Source: Daphnia carinata
Taxonomy: Eukaryota
Assembly (NCBI RefSeq): GCF_022539665.2
Contig: NC_081331.1
Coordinates: forward strand, 4,340,001 to 4,404,000
Direction: 5' to 3'
DNA: 64,000 nucleotides
Part shown: piece by piece, positions 14,597 to 26,080 of the stretch
Layout: each line of letters opens with the position of its first letter
Numbering within the stretch: the stretch's first letter is position 1
Translations under genes and position numbers: made by a program
The notes under the pieces: generated by a model
Told to the model about the DNA's origin: nothing
The model's input: the letters and a program-made list of their open reading frames with translations, nothing else
Databases searched by the model: none

Positions 14597-16080
14597 ATGG
14601 AGAATAACGCGTGGCTGGAGGAGCAATTGAAAAATGGATAAGATAATACAAGAAAAGGATGGTAAGTATAAACATTATTGTATTGGTTTTCAATTATTAA
14701 TTATTGTTTATTAGATCAAATTATGAAGCTGCAGGCCCAATTATTGGAACAACACAAAATATTAGATAACAGCAAAGCTAAGGATGGTAAGGCCTAATAC
14801 GTAATGATTCTATTTATTTGCTTTTATTCATTTGTGTTTTGTAGCTCAAATTTTGAGTCTACAAGCTCAGCTAGGGGAAAAGAACAAATTGGAATGGAAC
14901 AGTTTCCAAACAGTGTAGGAGGTTTTTCCAAACTCATCCCTAACTGAACATGAGGATGAATTGGCATTAGGCGAACACAGTCAGGTACCTAAACTTTTCA
15001 AATAAGAATTCAAAATAAGTATAGAATTTTAACAAACAATTATTTATTGTTTAGTTATTCAGTCTACCACCTGACAGTGTGTTAAAGTTAAATTCTGTTA
15101 GTGCTGCACTAAAAGAATTGTTAGTAATAAGTCCATGCAGCGAAGGAAGTGAACAATTGTGGGACCGTATTTATGCTGAAAATGGGTGTGGTATGGAAAC
15201 CCAGAAATAGCACGAGTTCAACATAAAACATGAATTAGGTACTTTTCGGTTTTTTGTCTATCAAAAAGTATTTTTAATGCTATTATTTTGCATTCACAGA
15301 ATTTTAGTGGGGGATCAAGTCAAGTCTGGAAGTGTTACAGGAGGGAAGAGTCAGCCTGTAGTTGAAAAAACACTGAGAGTGCATTACCGTTAAGGTGTGA
15401 GGTAAAGTAATAGAGTAATAAAAATTGTCTAATGAGAAGTACCATCTTGTGTTAATGAATCCAGTACAACAGCAATCCTTTATAGTTCTGTCACAGCTAG
15501 AAGCCTCAAATAATTCTGCTTCTCTGGCTAAACAACTTGTCCTTTACGTTCAGAGTGTTGGTGAAGCTGGGTACTTAAATGGCCCTAAAGATGTTTCATT
15601 TCATTGGCATTGCAGCGATGAACATCATACATGGACTTTTTAGGTATGAAAGGAATTTTCTTGAAAATTTTTTGAATTTATGACAAAGCATTTCTCCTGC
15701 TTTTTGCCAACCATGTCTAATCTAAAAAAAAAATTATCCAATAGGAAAGGATTTTCAGCATACTGGGAACACAAGTATCAACAATGCAACATTCTAGGGG
15801 TGCTATTTTATCATTCAAGAGCCTTATACAATGATTTTCATCTGCAATTTGTATGGCCTTTCCCAAGCTTCTGCCAGAAGTTGAATCTATAAGTCATGTA
15901 AGTCACATGAGCAACAATTGAGATGCTTAATGGTGTTGTTTTTCTTTTCTCAGCATAGGTTAATAGTAACATTGGATCTGAAAAAATTCTTGGTTGGGGC
16001 AAGACACTGAATAAATTGTATTGATTGGATGGATGACATAACATTTCTATACTTAATTCGGATTCCCCAGACGGTATTTG
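14597..16080 (+). pseudogene. Degenerate intron-containing gene remnant in the left arm of element 1 (mirror copy, partly deleted, in the right arm)
   Basis: GT-AG introns at 14,662-14,714 and 14,787-14,844. Coiled-coil-like exons (QIMKLQAQLLEQHK, QILSLQAQLGEKNK) and Cys/His motifs. Multiple stops and frameshifts. Confidence 0.55.
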
Positions 16081-16087
16081 ATATTAA

Positions 16088-16560
16088 AAAAATTGAAGTG
16101 CATATCTGGGCTCCCTTCTTTTCTGAAGCCCCGTTTCCCCTTGACTCGTAATAAGCCCGTAGGGGGTCATGCCCCTACTGTACGGTATATATAAAAACAA
16201 CATATACCGAGGTTTGGAGGGCTCTGGCCGGAAAGGGGACGTGGGGTGCCGCTTAGTCCGATGATGTGTTCACGGAGGGCTCTGTGGCTACCCACAAATC
16301 CGAACTAAAGGTTAATCGCTCCTGTAAAAATGTTCCAAATCTTCAGCTCTTCTTCCGGCTTCTCTTAGCCAATCACCGGGTAATCTCCCCGGTGGGTCAA
16401 CAAGGCAGTGTCTCCCCCTGCCTGGGTTGACGGCAACTTTTGAAAGGGCTATTGTGCCTTTTTAAAGTTGCAAAAATAATTGTAATGTGCAGAGAATTGT
16501 CAATAAAATTTTTTTTATAAAATATTTTTTGCAAAATTTGTTTCTTTCATTGTCTGTGTT
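16088..16560. repeat. Conserved hairpin-rich core, copy 1
   Basis: Inverted copy at ~17,314-17,786. Direct near-identical copy at ~46,709-47,180. Confidence 0.9.
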
Positions 16561-16681
16561 AGCTGTGTTCACACACTACATTTATCAACTTTTTTTTTTA
16601 TTGCTTCGCTTTATTTTATTTTGTCACATTTGCTGATAAGGATTGTTTCCATTGGTTTACCTGTAAGTATTCAATTATTAT

Positions 16682-16744
16682 CCAGGGATAGAACCCTGGA
16701 TGTTCGGCATACCGCGCCGATGCTCTACCAATGAGCCATGAATC
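16682..16744 (-). pseudogene. tRNA-like module (A-box TGGCTCATTGG, anticodon-like arm TCGGC-GCGGTAT-GCCGA, B-box GGTTCTATCCC)
   Basis: D-arm, anticodon arm and T-arm visible on the reverse strand. Acceptor stem is poor. Confidence 0.6.
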
Positions 16745-16859
16745 ATATGATGTGAAGTTGGCTTTTTTCTAGTCACTTGTGGACTTGCATTTACACTTAG
16801 AATAAAACTGAAATGCAATTCTGTAATATACTATTCTAAATTTATTGTACGCCATTTTT

Positions 16860-16930
16860 ACACATCGACTGGGTTTGAACCCAGGGTAACAGGTATCACA
16901 GCTAAAGGCTCTACCACAGAGCTATGAACA
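16860..16930 (-). pseudogene. tRNA-like module (A-box TAGCTCTGTGG, B-box GGTTCAAACCC)
   Basis: Reverse strand reads GTTCATAGCTCTGTGGTAGAGC…CTGGGTTCAAACCCAG. Confidence 0.6.
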
Positions 16931-17028
16931 TTATGACAGCTATAGAAAGATAAACACATAGTTGTGAAAGACTGCATAAACATCCTAGACGATAACATAT
17001 GATATGCGATAATAAAATATGTAAATAT

Positions 17029-17098
17029 ATCTCGTGGCTCAATGTTAGAGCATCGGCGTTGCACGCTGAATGTCTGGGGATCGGTTCCCATTCGAGTA
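17029..17098 (+). pseudogene. tRNA-Ala-like module (TGC in the anticodon-like loop)
   Basis: CTCGTGGCTCAATGTTAGAGCATCGGC-GTTGCAC-GCTGA…GGGATCGGTTCCC…CGAG. Confidence 0.55.
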
Positions 17099-17313
17099 AA
17101 ACAAAATACAAAATTACTTCAAAAAATATCCAGATATTACACGTTGTTCCTTGAATCTAAGTTGAAGAATTCAAAGAGTGTAATAAATAATAATTGAATA
17201 CTTACAGATAAACGATAAACCAATGGAAACAATCCTTATCAGCAAATGTGACAAAATAAAATAAAGCGAAGCAATAAAAAAAAAGTTGATAAATGTAGTG
17301 TGTGAACACAGCT

Positions 17314-17786
17314 AACACAGACAATGAAAGAAACAAATTTTGCAAAAAATATTTTATAAAAAAAATTTTATTGACAATTCTCTGCACATTACAATTATTT
17401 TTGCAACTTTAAAAAGGCACAATAGCCCTTTCAAAAGTTGCCGTCAACCCAGGCAGGGGGAGACACTGCCTTGTTGACCCACCGGGGAGATTACCCGGTG
17501 ATTGGCTAAGAGAAGCCGGAAGAAGAGCTGAAGATTTGGAACATTTTTACAGGAGCGATTAACCTTTAGTTCGGATTTGTGGGTAGCCACAGAGCCCTCC
17601 GTGAACACATCATCGGACTAAGCGGCACCCCACGTCCCCTTTCCGGCCAGAGCCCTCCAAACCTCGGTATATGTTGTTTTTATATATACCGTACAGTAGG
17701 GGCATGACCCCCTACGGGCTTATTACGAGTCAAGGGGAAACGGGGCTTCAGAAAAGAAGGGAGCCCAGATATGCACTTCAATTTTT
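17314..17786. repeat. Conserved hairpin-rich core, copy 2 (inverted)
   Basis: Reverse complement of 16,088-16,560. Confidence 0.9.
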
Positions 17787-19103
17787 TTAATATCAAATAC
17801 CGTCTGGGGAATCCGAATTAAGTATAGAAATGTTATGTCATCCATCCAATCAATACAATTTATTCAGTGTCTTGCCCCAACCAAGAATTTTTTCAGATCC
17901 AATGTTACTATTAACCTATGCTGAGAAAAGAAAAACAACACCATTAAGCATCTCAATTGTTGCTCATGTGACTTACATGACTTATAGATTCAACTTCTGG
18001 CAGAAGCTTGGGAAAGGCCATACAAATTGCAGATGAAAATCATTGTATAAGGCTCTTGAATGATAAAATAGCACCCCTAGAATGTTGCATTGTTGATACT
18101 TGTGTTCCCAGTATGCTGAAAATCCTTTCCTATTGGATAATTTTTTTTTTAGATTAGACATGGTTGGCAAAAAGCAGGAGAAATGCTTTGTCATAAATTC
18201 AAAAAATTTTCAAGAAAATTCCTTTCATACCTAAAAAGTCCATGTATGATGTTCATCGCTGCAATGCCAATGAAATGAAACATCTTTAGGGCCATTTAAG
18301 TACCCAGCTTCACCAACACTCTGAACGTAAAGGACAAGTTGTTTAGCCAGAGAAGCAGAATTATTTGAGGCTTCTAGCTGTGACAGAACTATAAAGGATT
18401 GCTGTTGTACTGGATTCATTAACACAAGATGGTACTTCTCATTAGACAATTTTTATTACTCTATTACTTTACCTCACAACTTAACGGTAATGCACTCTCA
18501 GTGTTTTTTCAACTACAGGCTGACTCTTCCCTCCTGTAACACTTCCAGACTTGACTTGATCCCCCACTAAAATTCTGTGAATGCAAAATAATAGCATTAA
18601 AAATACTTTTTGATAGACAAAAAACCGAAAAGTACCTAATTCATGTTTTATGTTGAACTCGTGCTATTTCTGGGTTTCCATACCACACCCATTTTCAGCA
18701 CAAATACGGTCCCACAATTGTTCAGTTCCATCGCTGCATGGACTGATTACGAACAATAATTGAGCCTGCAGGTTCATAATTAGAGCTAAAAAACAATAAT
18801 TAATAATTGAAAACTAATATAATAATCATTGTACTTACCATTCTTATCTTTTATTATCTTATCCATTTTAACTTAATTATCTTTTTCCAATTTTAACTTA
18901 AATCTTATCCTATTTTCTCCAGCCACGCGTTTTTCTCCAGCCATGCTACTCGACTAACTGACAATGGGATCCAATGGACTCAAATTGACATGCCTGTAAT
19001 AAAGATTCTGACCGGTAGATGGCTACGGGTCGAAAAAAAAAGAAAAGAGTGTGATTTTTTTTTTTCCGAATTTTTTTTTTTCTTTTGTGGAAAACGTATT
19101 GTC

Positions 19104-19320
19104 ATAATTTTCCCTCAAATCTAAATTTTGGCCAAAATTGAAAAAGTGAGAAGGCTATAGCCTTCCCACTTTTGACAAAATCGGTCAAAAACGACATCTC
19201 TTGGAATTCGATCATACTCACACGGCATATTAAAAATTTAACGCTGATTCCGATTCAGCAATTGGTTTTCTTGTTAAATTAATCGTGTTTAAATTAAAAG
19301 AAAACATTATTTGTTGTATA
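19104..19320. repeat. Continuation of the ~330-bp host repeat after element 1
   Basis: AAATCTAAATTTTGGCCAAAATTGAAAAAGTGAGAAGGCTATAGCCTTCCCACTTTTG is also present at 13,773-13,830. Confidence 0.75.
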
Positions 19321-20940
19321 AAAGGAAGACTTTTCAAAATTTAGTAGCCGAGAAAAATTGGTTAACTGATTAACTAAATTGCTTTCCTTACCACAAGAAA
19401 GCAGAATATCAACTGTGGGGAGAGTAAAACAAAACAACAGTGGAGCAAACCCCACTGACACAAACATGTTGAGTTTAAATCCACTTTCCTGTACCGGGAA
19501 GGCTGTGGATGATTAAAACACTAATTTCTCTGGCCTACATTCACTTCCACCACCACAAGGGACTTGTCCTTACCTTGAAATACCCGTATTCCGTCTGCAT
19601 TATATCCCAGCAGTCAAAGGCAAGTCTCTAGGTCCAGTTTGTTGGCATAACCTCCAAAAGTGTATTAGTCAGTCGCCTCTATTGGTATTGGTCATTATAC
19701 TTGTCATGGTATCATTTTGTCGTATTATTTATCCTTGCTTATTGCACACACACAAAATTTTGCATTTGGTTTGCTTATTTTTTTTCTCTTGCTTTGTGTT
19801 TGTTTAGGGAGAAGAGGGAGAATTTTCGCCGAAAATAAAATTATGATTCTTTATTTGAATTGTTTTGGTTCTTATCCTTGCGGGCAAAAGAAGACAATCT
19901 TTAATGGTTAAACACTGAATATTTTGCCGTTATTAGTAGAGGTGAACGCGCTGATGTGTGCATACGGCTGATGATTATTCGAGCGTCACATTGTTTAGAA
20001 GACTTAAAGGCTAGCGATAGGTAATGTCATCATAGCGCCCTTTAATTTTTCGAGTACTTGATGCGGAAAGCGGGAGGATGCTACGCGACTAACTTTCTCT
20101 TAGTTTAAAGCAACATTACATAGTGCGCAGAAGTAAGCTTTTAAACACGTAGGGAACTTGGAAGGAAGTGCGGTCAGGCGAGTTGACGAGAGTTACTCGA
20201 GTGTGCGACAATAACCAAGAACCTAACAAAAAAAATAAATGGGAAGATGTTACAAGAAGTTATAAAAACGAAAAAGCAAAAAACAAGTCGCGTGCCACCC
20301 GCAATGTACTCTACATACCCCACCGCATTGGTTATTGCCCCCAACGAAAAAATGAGCAGCACGCAATACACTTAGTAGTTCGTAGAAATCCCCAAGTCTT
20401 TGACAGTCTTTCTTGTAGAAGCTATGCACCGACACCAACCGGATATACCAGTCTGCACGGTCTGATCAACGTGGATAGATTGGCTTCTCTTCAGTTGCTT
20501 TAGCTTTTGTCTTTGCTCATTCACTTGCCAACTTCGAAAGTGCCTGACACGGTTTGAGCTTGATCGTCGGAGGCGTCGTATTAGCGAATGTCCTCTTAAC
20601 AATTTCAAGCACTTTCAACTTGGGTGAAATAAAAATAAAACAAAAAAGGACCAGGCCAGGTGGATTAAATAGCTGTGAAGCAGTTTTGTGGCCACAGTGT
20701 GACATTCTTAAAAGAAGCAGCAGCTTCTGCGTAGTGTTCCGCAAGAGAGAGAATGAAGACGGGTAACTGAAACTCCGATCATCTGTAAGCTTCGATCAGG
20801 TGCGATCTGTGACAGTCACCAACCATCGAGGGTCGAGTCAACATGCTGACGCCTTGATCTCAATTCCGCACTTCGCAAACACTTGCTGGTGAGGCGAATC
20901 GCAGTTTCAGTTTTTTTTTCTTTCTCTACAGCAGCTGAAA

Positions 20941-23900
20941 ATGTGGCGTGAATTTCTGATGAAAATGCGCTCAAAGGACGCTTTATCCGAGAACTTGTAC
21001 AGTGACGACGACAGCGAAGACACGTGTGATAGTGATTATTCTGGTCTCAGTGGTCATTACAGTTTTCGCAATCGTCTAGATAACAGCGAGCCGTCTACGA
21101 TGTCTCAATCCCGATTTGCAAGGACGCGGATCAATGGCATTCGTTTTTCGCAAAGTCAGTGCAGCAGTGAAGCGACGGTGAGCACTGCAACGGGCGCCCA
21201 CGAAGAGGAATCTTGCGTTACTTGGCGTGAAAAATTTCAATTCACCTTATCGCTCATCCGTGAACCGAGATACCTGCTGGCGGAAACACTCGTAGCCGAA
21301 CAACTCAAACTGACCCTAAAGCAACAAGCTTATAGACTGGAACACATTTTAATACGCCAGACGATTCAAGAGCATCGACAGCAATCCATTTCTGCAGCGT
21401 CAGAAGCTGCTTCAACTTACAATCACAGGTAAATCGATATTTTGCGTCATATTAGCCTTTTTCTTTTTACTGGTTGTCGTTCAGCTTCAACTGATGCAGG
21501 GGTTCAGCCCTGAAAACATAAGAGAAAAGACTAGTCAAGCAAACAGGAAATCAAAGGAATACAAATAGTTAGCTCAGTTGGGCAGATCGCCTTGTTCTCT
21601 TTATCTCCTTTTGACTGTGCAAAAGATTCAATTCCATCGAGTGGAACACATTTTTTTTTTCTCGTTTCGTCAAAGATTGATGAACAAGAGCGCAAGGCAA
21701 TGGGCGGAGACTGATTCGATAGGACCTTGAACCAAGCATTTAGAAAGCAGCAGGTGCTTCATCAGCATACATCAAAAGGGTGTGTAGCTCCTTTCGGAAG
21801 AAAATTACCAAGTAGGCAGCTGACCGTATCCAACCATCCATTTTCCACCAAAGAATCATGAAAAAAGAGAGCACAAAAGGAAACAATGGTGTTAGGTAAT
21901 GGCGTAGCAAAATAATTTAACCAGGGAATAAGGGTAACTTTTTTTTTAAAGGGACGTAACGAATTGATTACCAGATGTAGTGTAGTGAAACGCCCCCTTA
22001 CAAAGCTTCTGTTTGCGGAAGCCGCCAAAGTTGATCCACCCGGGTAACAATGTCGACCGTCTCACCTAAATTCAAAACAAAAAGGATTCACAACGTGCTG
22101 GCCTGCAAGTTATCCAATGACATGTGGTACCGTCACGGCCGGAGAGGCATGCGGCATAGATTGCAAGTCATCCGTGACAGTGGAGGAAGCCAACACGGAG
22201 GTAAAAAGAACATATGGGTACATACAGTATTCATACCACTCGCTACCCAGAGTTGTACGTGCGATATACAAGAGTAGTTGAAGAGCATCACTAAACTACC
22301 AGTCCGTCGCCTCTATTTGAACGGGGATGTTCCTCCATCCAGTGATGTGTCAGGCGGTTCACGTTGTGCCGGACGGAATCAGTTTGTTCCGTTTGTCTCA
22401 TTCATCCTATTCGTTTTCTTCCAGTGGTAGGCGAGTGGACGGTGATAAAGCTGGAGCGGATATCGAATCGTTAAAAAGGCAATTGCTCATTGTCGACCAG
22501 CGTCTGGCCACGTTGACTGGACGGTTGGAGGTGCTTAAAGCAGTTCAACAAGTTCTCCCTGCTGGTAAGCCGTTTTCTGCAAAACAAAACAAATTACTTG
22601 CATGCACTGTAAGAGCTTCCCTCTTGGGTAAACTCATTGCGATTTCAAATTCAAAGTCATTACCCTTTTAAGTTGTTTTTCTCGGCGAACGCTCTCGTGA
22701 TTTCCATCGAAATGCTTCAAGCCAAGCCTGTATAGCGTGACTTGGCAACTGCTATAGTTTGATTTATTGCTATTTACACAAGGATCGTAAATTCATCTAT
22801 AAATGATTAGGAACAATCACACAAGCGTATCGTAGATGAACAATTTCGTCGTGCTATTAGTGTTGTTTTTGTTGGCTAATATTCTATTTACGACAAAAAC
22901 AAAAAGTTTAAAAATCAAATAAATTACATAACTAGTTCCTTCCGGCACCGAAATCAACTCCGAAACGGACGAGCCGGATTCCTTGGAACCGGTGCAAGAG
23001 GTTACGCCATCGATCCAGAATGTCAGTGGAACAATACGCCAAAAGAAAGTCGGTGATAAGAAAAAAAACACGGAAACATCATCTAACGAAAGCGATTTAC
23101 TGGCCTTGTTACAACTGGAAAGACTAGCTCAGCAAGCCAGTCGGCGTGATTACGAACTACTCCGGAAACAGTACCAACGGTACTTCCTGTTATTTTTTGT
23201 TTTTTTACTAAAACAGTTCAGTCGTTCTTGGCCGTTCAATAACTCGAGTTCAAAAATTCCAATACGGTTTGCAAGCACAAAGAATTTAACGAATCAACTA
23301 GAAGAGTATTAGAAAATAATTGCCATTTGCCATTTCTTTTAACGGTGAATAACAAGACTCAAAGAGGAACTAGAATGGAGAGATTCAGGTCATGGAGACG
23401 ATGTAGGCGACGCTGAATTTTCTTCAGAGCTTATCAGCGACCGTGACAGAGATTCAGACAGCGTTCAAATGAAACCTAGTGTCGCTCTCAAAAGTTGGAC
23501 CTGGCGTAGCAGCAGTACACCCAGGTAAGTGAATGCGCAAGCCAGCATTGCAAAACGCAAGAGCTTTCAACTTGACTTTTCGTGAACCGTAGTCAAGAAT
23601 CAGCAGCTACCATCCGGGAGAGTCATCCAGGTGATAACACCTCCACCTGCTCGTCGATAGAGTCACCATCAGTGGCCAACAGTGAAAATAAACACTTGTG
23701 GAGCGAAGTGCAATCAAAAGACAAAATCATCACCCAGCTGCGGTCTACGATCGCTGAACTGGAACCCGCCGTTGACAAAGCGAGAGCCGAAGCCACACAA
23801 CGCGACATGGTCAACGTATGTATAGATATTCAACAATGCATGGATCAATAATTTTTCGTTCCCAAGTCACGGAAACGAGAGGCATTTGAAGTACTTGCTC

Positions 23901-26080
23901 CGTCACGCATGTTTCTCCCTTTTTTTCGTTAACAGAAGGAGCTCGATAGGAAAAACCAAGAACTACAAATGGTCATCAACAACCTAACGGTATGAGCTCC
24001 ATAAAAAGTTATTCTGTACGATTGCCTTTTCACACGTGACCCAAGTCGTGATCTTCACATTCATTTAGGCCAACATCGAGGCTTTAAGAGCGTACCAATT
24101 AACAGAGCAGCACATCCATGAGAAGGCGTTTGTAAGCAGCGACGATAACATCCAACGAAAGCGGACCTACAAAGTATGTCGCTCGTACATAACTTGAAGA
24201 AAAACAAGTTTCTAGAGATAAATTCTGAATGATTATAATAATGAATAACCGTTGACCTAAACAAACAGGTGACTGAAAACAAGGAATTTGTACAAATGCG
24301 CGGTCTGATCGCCGAACTACAACAGAAAGAAAACGAGTACAAAATCAGAATAGAGCATCTGGAAAAGGTGCTACGTCACCAGTCTCATTCGCTGCCCGAA
24401 GTCCCAAACTTGGAGGAACTCGAGCGGCACGTCACTCACATGGAACAAGAATTGGAAGATAAGAATGAAAGACTGGCGGCTTTCGAGCAATATCTGGAAA
24501 CGAAAGAAGAAGAATTCTCTGTAATGGAACGCGACCTAGAAAACCTGCGAGAGGAAAACATCCGTCTCAAGTCCGAAGTAACTGAAGCCATCTACCGTGA
24601 CAGGGAGAGTAACCTAGAGAAGTTGGAACAAGTGGGTCGAGAGCTTCAGCAGGCGCTAGAGGCGAACAAGCGGTTGGTGGAAGACATCAATCGTGAGAGA
24701 GTCTTGCGCAAAAAGTATTTCAACACCATAGAAGATCTCAAAGGGAAAATCAGAGTTTACTGTCGGCTCCGGCCGCTGACTTCCGTCGAACAACGAGTCC
24801 AGCATTCGGTGGCCGATGTCATCGATCCTTACACGCTCGTCATAAACACCCCAAAGGGCCCAAAGGAATTCCATTTCGATCGCGTTTTCCTGCCAGAAGA
24901 CACGCAAGAAACCGTCTTTGAGGACACGCACGTAAATGTTTATCAAAACTTCACGCATTGCTCATTGTCTTATTCCTCTCGTGTTTTTCCATCGCTTTGG
25001 GGAATACAGACACTTGTGCAGTCAGCTTTCGACGGCTACAATGTTTGTATATGTGCTTACGGCCAGACCGGTAGCGGGAAGACGCACACGATTATCGGAG
25101 ACGACATTCAACCCGGTTTGGCAACTCGCACCTTTGAGCGCATCTTCCAGTTAACCGAAGACCATCAAGCCCAATTTGACGTTCAAGTTTCTTGCTCTAT
25201 GCTAGAACTTTACAACGACAAGCTCATCGATCTCTTGCGCTTGGCCGATCAGACAGAGGTACATGCAGGTTTTCACTTTGCATTCCCTTACAGCATATAA
25301 CTAATTTCGATAACAATCAGGTGAAGCTGGAGATTAAAAAAGACAAGCGTGGAATTGTTTGGGTCCAGGGATCCCGCATATCGCCCGTTACCAACGCAAA
25401 CCAGCTGTCAGATCTGTTCCAGCGTGGCCTCAACTCTAGACACACTGGCTCCACACGCATGAACGACCGAAGCAGTCGTTCGCACCTTATTGTGAGCATC
25501 AATATTGAATGCACCAGTCGGCTGCACGGTACTGTCATCCGTGGTAAGGTGAGCTTACTCGATTTAGCCGGCAGCGAGCGATTCGCCAAATCGGGATCAT
25601 CTGGCGATCAACTGCGAGAAGCTTCCTCTATCAACAAGTCGTTATCCACTTTGGGCGACGTGATCTCGGCGTTGGCCAGCGAACAGCAGCACACGCCCTA
25701 CAGAAATAGCAAGTTAACTATGTTGATGCAAGATTCGCTGGGCGGCAACGCCAAAACACTTCTATTCGTTACCGCCTCCATAGCTGCGTTCAACCTAGAC
25801 GAGACATTAACTTCGCTGACGTAAATTGACACCAAGATAAAAACAAAATTGTGCAAACAAAATAGTAATAATATACACTCACTAGGTATGCCTCACGCGC
25901 CAAAGCCGTAACCAACCAAGCCCAGAGAAGTGCCGACTGCAGGGAGATTGCTCGTCTCAAAGCGGTAAATTGTTCACTAACATTGGTAGAAGGTATTAAC
26001 AAAATGACTGAGAGCGGTTGCAATGTTAGATCATACAAAAACTCCGGAGAGGGGAAGAAGATGTCGAAGATACGAGTTGA
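20941..26080 (+). CDS. C-terminal-motor kinesin-14, KCBP/kinesin-C-like, with long coiled coil (multi-exon; 5' exons less certain)
   Basis: RKKYFNTIEDLKGKIRVYCRLRP neck, P-loop GQTGSGKT, NDRSSRSH, DLAGSER, HTPYRNSKLT, C-terminal REIARLKAIIQKL. Confidence 0.85.

Larger units (their letters stand above)
14433..19103. mobile_element. Giant palindromic (foldback-like) non-autonomous DNA element 1
   Basis: Termini GGCAATCCGTTTTACAC / GTGGAAAACGTATTGTC flanked by AT on both sides. Near-perfect inverted arms ~15,116-16,679 and ~17,189-18,758 (ORF track is mirrored). Outer arms are diverged. Confidence 0.85.

Noticed and set aside
16088..16560. Core as a hammerhead ribozyme or telomerase RNA
   Set aside because: No intact CUGAnGA…GAAA core with proper stems was found (only CCGATGA). 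No convincing template for TTAGG repeats was found.
16682..17098. Functional tRNA genes
   Set aside because: Acceptor stems are incomplete and anticodon loops are non-canonical and differ between elements. Annotated as tRNA-like only.
15425..18449. Duplicated identical ORFs on opposite strands (also 46,247-48,896) as functional genes
   Set aside because: They are mirror images created by the palindrome and cross intron-like segments and stops.
14433..19103. Palindromes as pure assembly or amplification fold-back artefacts
   Set aside because: Arms carry substitutions, indels and diverged outer parts, have matching TE-like termini, and the same architecture occurs twice independently. Long-read confirmation is still advisable.
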